Part shown: one piece after another, positions 58,279 through 64,000 of the stretch
Layout of the letters: the number at the start of each line of letters is the position of its first letter
Numbering within the stretch: the first letter of the stretch is position 1
NCBI GenBank assembly: GCA_017993235.1
Contig: JAGONC010000016.1
Span: 5,072-69,071, forward strand
Reading direction: 5' to 3'
DNA: 64,000 bases
Origin: Lentimicrobiaceae bacterium
Lineage (GTDB): Bacteria; Bacteroidota; Bacteroidia; Bacteroidales; JAGONC01
Translations under genes and position numbers: made by a program
The notes under the pieces: generated by a model
Told to the model about the DNA's origin: nothing
What the model saw: only the letters and a program-made list of their open reading frames with translations
Databases searched by the model: none

Positions 58279-58869
58279 TCATCCCTCTCGGATCAGTTCT
58301 CTGATTTCGGCAAGATGGATATTCTTTTTCTCCTGTCGCAGGTGGGTGGCAGAAGGAGTGTAGTAATCGTGGTGGATCAGAAAATTCAACTGCAGTCGGT
58401 ACCATTCATACAGGGATGTCGGAAAAATGTTCAGCTGACTCCATTCATAACGAAGGCGATGAGCGATCATATAGAAATCATCCCTGCCCAGGTAATCGAG
58501 ATCTGCATCGCACAGGATCTTTTCGAGACGGGTATGTGCGCTTTGCGGTAATTTGGTCGACAGGATCATTTTATTGATGATCTCAATATCCTGCTCGGTG
58601 TATCCAAAATCAGGAAGGTATTGCCTTGTGATGATCCCTGAAGCTTCTTCATGGTCACCGTACTGGATCAGCATCCCCGAATCGTGAAAAAGTGCGGCTG
58701 TTTTCAGCAGCAGCAGGCCGTGTCCGTTTTCCTTTTCCAGTTGTGCGAGCCGTTCGACTGATTCAAGAACGTCGAGCGTATGTTCGAAATTGTGATACTG
58801 CAGCTCAGGCCGCAGCTCGTTTTTCAGCTTGTTGATGATAAATTGCCTGGCACCGTCAAAGTCGATCAT
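58279..58869 (-). CDS. HD-domain metal-dependent phosphohydrolase
   Basis: 196 aa with HNFEHTLDV, LFHDSG and CDADLDYLG motifs. Confidence 0.8.
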   Translation of the reverse strand: MIDFDGARQFIINKLKNELRPELQYHNFEHTLDVLESVERLAQLEKENGHGLLLLKTAALFHDSGMLIQYGDHEEASGIITRQYLPDFGYTEQDIEIINKMILSTKLPQSAHTRLEKILCDADLDYLGRDDFYMIAHRLRYEWSQLNIFPTSLYEWYRLQLNFLIHHDYYTPSATHLRQEKKNIHLAEIRELIREG

Positions 58870-58977
58870 CGGATGATGAAAATATTACGTCGTAAAAATA
58901 GGAATTTATTCATTTTAAACAGGATAGTTCAGTAAATTTTGTACGATCTCTTTTCTCCGGGAAAGGTTATCCTACCG

Positions 58978-59808
58978 CTATACATAATTCAGGCGTAACA
59001 GGTCTGCCAGGGAAGGATCGATGAGGTCCTTTCGTCGGATCTCATCAAAAAATTCCATCAGGTCATTGACTTTCAGGTTCTTTTTTTCTTCACCGGAAAT
59101 ATCTTTGACGATCTTTCCCTGGTGAAGCATCAGGATTCTGTCGCCCAGATGAATGGCCTGCTGCATCGAATGGGTAACCATCAGGGTAGTAAGGTGATCT
59201 TTTTCGACGATCTCGCGGGTAAGCTGGACGACTTTAGCAGCCGTTTTAGGATCCAGGGCGGCCGTATGTTCATCCAGGAGCAGGATCTGGGGTTTCACCC
59301 ATGCAGCCATCAGCAGGGTAAGAGCCTGCCTTTGTCCGCCTGAAAGTTTTCCGATCGGTGTATCGAGCCGGTCTTCTATACCCATATTCAGGGATTTGAT
59401 TCGTTCCCTGAAAACGGATCGGTTTTTCGCAGTCAGGGCCCTACCCAATCCCCTGGGGTAACCTTTTTTGGCTGCCAGTGACAGGTTTTCGGACACGGTC
59501 ATATCCGGTGCGGTACCGCTGAAGGGATTTTGGAACACTCTTCCGAACTGAAGTGCGCGCTTGTGCTCCGGAGTGTGTGTGATGTCCCTGTCATTCAGCA
59601 GGATCTTGCCCGAATCAGGCAGAAAAACGCCGGCAACCGCGTTCAGGAGGGTTGACTTTCCACTGCCATTTGTTCCCACAAGGATTACAAAACTGCCGTT
59701 GCGGATTTCACAGCTGATTCCCTGCAAGGCTCTGACCTCATTGGGAGTACCCGGATGAAAGGTCTTGCGGAGATCCATGATCTGGAGTATGGGCTTACCG
59801 GGTGTCAT
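58978..59808 (-). CDS. ABC transporter ATP-binding protein (COG1101 type)
   Basis: 276 aa with Walker A GTNGSGKST, signature LSGGQRQ and Walker B LLLDEH. 14-nt overlap with the permease gene. Confidence 0.9.
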   Translation of the reverse strand: MTPGKPILQIMDLRKTFHPGTPNEVRALQGISCEIRNGSFVILVGTNGSGKSTLLNAVAGVFLPDSGKILLNDRDITHTPEHKRALQFGRVFQNPFSGTAPDMTVSENLSLAAKKGYPRGLGRALTAKNRSVFRERIKSLNMGIEDRLDTPIGKLSGGQRQALTLLMAAWVKPQILLLDEHTAALDPKTAAKVVQLTREIVEKDHLTTLMVTHSMQQAIHLGDRILMLHQGKIVKDISGEEKKNLKVNDLMEFFDEIRRKDLIDPSLADLLRLNYV

Positions 59809-60733
59809 TCAGCAAGGGTTTGATTCGTAGTTTTTTCATCAGTGCCGGAAGTACCAGGGCGATCAGCACGAAAAGCGCCGTGATCAGTTTCAGGTCGTTG
59901 GGGTTCATTCCCAGCCGGAGTGCGATGGCGACGAGTATTCTGAAAAACACCGAACCCATGACGGCACCGGTGATCAGGAGCCCGACACTCCGGGCATTAA
60001 TGAGCGCTTCTCCGATGATTACGCTGGCCAGTCCCCATACCAGCATTCCGATCCCCATCTGGGCATCCGCAAATCCCTGGTACTGGGCGAGCAAAGCACC
60101 GGAAAGCCCGATCATGCCATTGGCAAGCCCGATACCCAGGATGATCATCCTGTCGGTGTTGACCCCCAGCGCCCTGATCATCTGCTGATTATTTCCGGTT
60201 GCACGCATGGCTGTACCAAAATGACTGGAGAAAAACCAGCGTAATATCCATCCAACGAACGAGATGGTGACAAGCAATGCCAGCGCTTGCACCAGGTGCC
60301 GGATAGGTACCGTCCAGCCTGCCAGGAGCATGGTGTCGCTGCCAGGGAATAAGGTATGAGCCAAGCGCTCCAGATACGTGAAAAGGGTGGTCTGCGTCAA
60401 CAGGGGAATGTTGCTTTTCCCCATCACATGCAGATTGATTGAATATAAAGCGGTCATGACCAGGATCCCGGCCAGCAGGGCATTGATCCTGAATTTGGCA
60501 TGGAGGATCCCTGTGATCATCCCGGCCAGGAATCCTCCTACAAAAGCAAGCAGGGTGCCTGCCAGCGGATGAAGACCTCCCTGGATGGCAGCTGCAGCGA
60601 GTGCAGCACCTAAAGTGATGGATCCTTCCACGGTGATGTCCGGAAAATTAAAGATGCGAAAGCTGATAAATACCCCCATGGCAAGCAGGGAGAGTATCAG
60701 TCCGATGATCAGTGAGCCGATCAGTAAACTCAT
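59795..60733 (-). CDS. ABC transporter permease (BPD_transp_2 / COG4120 type)
   Basis: 312 aa, polytopic, glycine/alanine-rich TMs typical of the branched-chain/'ABC.X4' permease family. Confidence 0.85.
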   Translation of the reverse strand: MSLLIGSLIIGLILSLLAMGVFISFRIFNFPDITVEGSITLGAALAAAAIQGGLHPLAGTLLAFVGGFLAGMITGILHAKFRINALLAGILVMTALYSINLHVMGKSNIPLLTQTTLFTYLERLAHTLFPGSDTMLLAGWTVPIRHLVQALALLVTISFVGWILRWFFSSHFGTAMRATGNNQQMIRALGVNTDRMIILGIGLANGMIGLSGALLAQYQGFADAQMGIGMLVWGLASVIIGEALINARSVGLLITGAVMGSVFFRILVAIALRLGMNPNDLKLITALFVLIALVLPALMKKLRIKPLLNDTR

Positions 60734-60746
60734 CGTTGCGCTTTTT

Positions 60747-61994
60747 TCAGCCTGTTTTCATGTTTTTTATCTCGCCAATCCATAGGGTTCCGGCCAGGAA
60801 CTCACTTTCTCCGATACCTGCATGGGGCCGTTCATCATTCACCAGATGCAGGATCGTCTCAAACTGGTGTTCGCCGAACAGCTGTTGAATCACCTCCTGG
60901 GGTTTGTCCCATTGTTTTTTCAACGGGTGATAGGAAAAAACTGCCGTATGGAAATGTCCCCAAAATGGAGATGAGGTTTTCAATGGTCTTACAAAGCCGT
61001 TATCTGTATCCTCCCGAATCCGTGTGGCAATGCCTGTGGTCAGGGTCAGCTTACCGTTAAATTCAGGCTCGGTGGTCACCGTCACCTGCTGTTTGATTTC
61101 CGGAAATGAAAACAGCGGAGCTGACGGATCACCCGAGAGCGGATCCGTGGCAAGCGAAACGCCTACCAGACCCCTTGTTTCAGCAACCATTACGATACCA
61201 GCCCTTTTAAAGGGAACCAGTTCGTAAAGCTGTGCGATGAGGTCGGTGAAGTGTAGCTTGTCCTTCAGATCCATCATTTCGAAATGGACTCTGTGGGAAT
61301 ATTCCCCTTCAAAGAGCATACCGTACAGGAGGTTGACCTGCGGGATCATCCGTCCGACCCTGCTCAGGTAATCCGGCTTTTTACGGCCATCGGTTGGCAA
61401 ACAGGCAATGACATCTCCGAGCCCGATAAATTCACCCATGCGGTGGCAATAATCCCCAAAATCATCACCAAACGCGCCGATTCCCACACCGTACAATCCG
61501 GAATGAAAAGGGAGGGTGTGAACGCTTTCAGGAATGATTCTGCTGCTGGCCAGATCCCCCGCAGATCCGATCGTTATCCCGGTGAGTTCTCCCTCCGGAC
61601 CCATTTGTTGGACGGTATACCTGACCTGTCCCAGGCAGGATTCCTGAACCTGGACCGACGGTTCCTGCTTCTTCCGGTGTTCTTTCCCGTGCAGGAGCAT
61701 ATTCAGACCTGCCATATCGAGCACCGATTTTACCTGGGGAGAGGAACTGGCAAGCATAAAAGAACCCTGGATCTCTTTCAGTTTTTTATAGTGGTGAACA
61801 AATACCCGGATACCCGCTGAACTGATATAGGTAACCCCGGTTGAATCCAGGGCGATGGAATAGAATCCCTCATGAATGCACGCATCGATTTCCTCGCTCA
61901 GGATGGTCGACCAGTAGGCGTCGAGTCTGCCGTTCAGAACAATCAGAAGTTGTCCTTCCCGGTTTTCTTTACGGATCGAAAATGGCTCACTCAT
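60747..61994 (-). CDS. STAS-domain protein fused to a ~300-aa uncharacterised C-terminal domain
   Basis: ATG at 61994 (the TTG at 62009 would overlap the upstream gene). The N-terminal ~110 aa match the SpoIIAA/RsbV pattern (LIVLNGRLD...ALDSTGVTYISSAGIRVFVHHYKKLKEIQGSFMLASSSPQVKSVLDMAGL). I recognise nothing in the rest. Confidence 0.75.
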   Translation of the reverse strand: MSEPFSIRKENREGQLLIVLNGRLDAYWSTILSEEIDACIHEGFYSIALDSTGVTYISSAGIRVFVHHYKKLKEIQGSFMLASSSPQVKSVLDMAGLNMLLHGKEHRKKQEPSVQVQESCLGQVRYTVQQMGPEGELTGITIGSAGDLASSRIIPESVHTLPFHSGLYGVGIGAFGDDFGDYCHRMGEFIGLGDVIACLPTDGRKKPDYLSRVGRMIPQVNLLYGMLFEGEYSHRVHFEMMDLKDKLHFTDLIAQLYELVPFKRAGIVMVAETRGLVGVSLATDPLSGDPSAPLFSFPEIKQQVTVTTEPEFNGKLTLTTGIATRIREDTDNGFVRPLKTSSPFWGHFHTAVFSYHPLKKQWDKPQEVIQQLFGEHQFETILHLVNDERPHAGIGESEFLAGTLWIGEIKNMKTG

Positions 61995-61995
61995 C

Positions 61996-63111
61996 TTATT
62001 CTGTATCAATCAAGTATGCCTGATAGGCAGCAGGTATCTTTATCTCTAGTCTTTCAGCAACCTGTTTGTTGATCAGGATGTCTGTTTTACTGACGAACTG
62101 AAAGGGTATTTTCGCCGGATCTTCACCGGCAATAACCCTGGCGAGCACGTAAACGCCTTCAATGCCTGCCTGGAAGTAATCCCTGGCAACCGCAGCCAGC
62201 GCGCCATTTTTGATCTGAGGGGAGTCAAAGGTAAAACAGGGTAAGTTGTAATCATTGGCCACGCTGATGATCTGAGGAAAAGCGGCTCCCGTTATGTTGT
62301 CGACGATCTGGCAGATAGCCTGGATATCCATCGAAGCCAGCGACTGAATAGCATTTCCGATTTCTGAAGCAGAATTCACAGGTACAGCAACAAGGGTCAT
62401 GTCATGTTCAGTGAGGGTGGTTTCAAAGGTCTCCTTATTCACTACGGCATTCACTTCCGATGGATTCAACAGCGTACCGACCCTCTTTGTCCCTGGCATC
62501 AAGGCATTGACCAGGCTAACCATTCCCCTGAAATCCGAAAGGGTAGAGATCCCCGTCATATTGGGCCGGTGTTCGGTAAAAGTGGTACCAGCACCTGCCG
62601 TGACAGGATCAGCCACCGTGGTAAAGATCACGGTCTTGTCCGACAGCTTTCTGCAGGCAGCCTGAAGGGTGGGAGTGGAGGTCGTTATAACGAAATCATA
62701 GGGCTTGGTGGCTACCACATCCATGATGCTGTTCAGCATGGTGATATCCCCCTGGGCATTCATGATCTCAAGCAGGTAATCCTTATCCGCCATCAAACCG
62801 ATCCGGTTCAATCCTTCTTTGATACCCTTTTCCGTAAATTCTGTAAAAGGGCTGTCGGAATATTCGATCAATGCCAGTCTGATTTTTTGAGACGGCCATC
62901 CCTTGCCTATGCCTTCCCTGACATATGCCCTGAATTCAGGAGTGACTTCATTATGCAGAAGAATGGGTACCGTATTGTCCTGATAGGCTTTAACCTCACT
63001 GCGGGTATCCGGATTACGGTTGTTTCGGTCAGTGAATAGCAGGATGAGCGCTACCAGGATGATCCATAACAATCCTTTCAGAAACGTGGGTATTTTTTTC
63101 AACCGGTGCAC
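61996..63111 (-). CDS. ABC transporter substrate-binding protein (ABC_sub_bind / COG2984 type), membrane-anchored
   Basis: 371 aa with a GTG start and an N-terminal TM. NAQGD, TTSTPTLQAA and FTTVADPVTAGA motifs are characteristic of PF04392-type binding proteins. Confidence 0.85.
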   Translation of the reverse strand: MHRLKKIPTFLKGLLWIILVALILLFTDRNNRNPDTRSEVKAYQDNTVPILLHNEVTPEFRAYVREGIGKGWPSQKIRLALIEYSDSPFTEFTEKGIKEGLNRIGLMADKDYLLEIMNAQGDITMLNSIMDVVATKPYDFVITTSTPTLQAACRKLSDKTVIFTTVADPVTAGAGTTFTEHRPNMTGISTLSDFRGMVSLVNALMPGTKRVGTLLNPSEVNAVVNKETFETTLTEHDMTLVAVPVNSASEIGNAIQSLASMDIQAICQIVDNITGAAFPQIISVANDYNLPCFTFDSPQIKNGALAAVARDYFQAGIEGVYVLARVIAGEDPAKIPFQFVSKTDILINKQVAERLEIKIPAAYQAYLIDTE

Positions 63112-63126
63112 GCTATCGTCAGCATT

Positions 63127-64000
63127 TTAGTGTGGGCTGTACCTGACAACCATCATGGTGATGTCATCGGATTGCTGGGCACCCAGGGTAAAGGCTTCCA
63201 GGGAAGAAGATACCTGCTGAATGATCTCTCCCGGCGTATGCTGGCTGGCATCTTTCAGGGCTGCTTCAAGTCGCGATTCGGAGTAAAGCTCATAGCTGAT
63301 GTTCATGGCTTCTGTCACTCCGTCGGTATAAAGGAAAAGCGCATCCCCGGGTTGAAACTGTGTGCTTTTCTGATGATAGGGAACGTCTTCCATTGCCCCC
63401 AGCACAATGTCTCCGGTTTTTTCCAGCCCCCTGACCGTTGAATCCAGGCCGATGACATAGGGGGGATTGTGGCCTCCGTTGGAATACTCAAACGCACCGG
63501 TCCGTGTATTCAGAATGCCATAGAAGACCGTTACAAACATCTGGTTCACACTTTCCTTACAAAGCAGCTGGTTGGAGTATTCCAGGCATTCCTTTCGCGA
63601 AAGTCCCTTGATGGCCGCGGCCCGGATAATGGTCCTGCTGACGGCCATATAGATCGCCGCAGGAATTCCCTTATCGGATACATCGGCGATCACCAGCCCG
63701 ATATGGTCATGATCGATCATGAAAAAGTCATAGAAATCACCTCCGACCGACTTGGCAGCAACCATAAAAGCATGAATGTCGAAATCATTCCGGTCAGGAA
63801 AGGGAGGAAATTTCTTGGGGAGGATTGCATGCTGGATCTCAGCAGCAATGTTCAGATCATGTTGCAGGGAAACCAGTTCTTCATGTTCCTCATTCGCCTT
63901 CTTGAGGATCCTGATCTGATCAATGGTTTTCTGGATCGTGATCTCCAGGTCGTCAAAATTGATGGGTTTGGTAATGAAATCGAAAGCACCCCGGTTCATG
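63127..64000 (-). CDS. response-regulator receiver + PP2C (SpoIIE/RsbU-type) phosphatase, 5' end beyond the window
   Basis: The visible part starts inside the receiver domain (…GAFDFITKPINFDDL). It continues into a PP2C domain (VGGDFYDFF, GLVIADVSDKGIPAA, GGHNPP, LFLYTDGVTEA, SDDITMMVVRY). Confidence 0.9.
   Translation of the reverse strand, partial: MNRGAFDFITKPINFDDLEITIQKTIDQIRILKKANEEHEELVSLQHDLNIAAEIQHAILPKKFPPFPDRNDFDIHAFMVAAKSVGGDFYDFFMIDHDHIGLVIADVSDKGIPAAIYMAVSRTIIRAAAIKGLSRKECLEYSNQLLCKESVNQMFVTVFYGILNTRTGAFEYSNGGHNPPYVIGLDSTVRGLEKTGDIVLGAMEDVPYHQKSTQFQPGDALFLYTDGVTEAMNISYELYSESRLEAALKDASQHTPGEIIQQVSSSLEAFTLGAQQSDDITMMVVRYSPH

Overview
The window is a compact, mostly housekeeping chromosomal segment. 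It looks like Bacteroidota (inference), based on 14 TAnnTTTG -7 promoter boxes, DUF4252/DUF2807/DUF4097 ECF-sigma modules, CarboxypepD_reg-type outer-membrane receptors and Bacteroidia-like rsfS-ftsH-cdsA-psd synteny. I call about 58 CDS plus one RNase P RNA (rnpB, minus strand). I found no tRNA or rRNA genes, CRISPR arrays, transposases or integrases. The strongest candidate for an undescribed system is the tightly coupled minus-strand operon at 58978-64000. There, a response-regulator/PP2C (RsbU-like) phosphatase and a STAS-domain fusion protein are interleaved with a complete COG2984/COG4120/COG1101 ABC transporter, and no kinase or sigma factor is visible. Other observations worth a second look:
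- a ComEA-like HhH domain fused to an outer-membrane barrel, with a small barrel partner
- a C39-ABC/HlyD exporter with no visible substrate peptide
- four 11-bp phased repeats upstream of an SPFH-Arc operon
- a 155-bp palindromic element with perfect 26-bp arms
- a recurring class of intergenic 7-8-bp tandem repeats
- a BirA with a degenerate biotin-binding loop

All family assignments come from motif recognition by eye; no searches were run.
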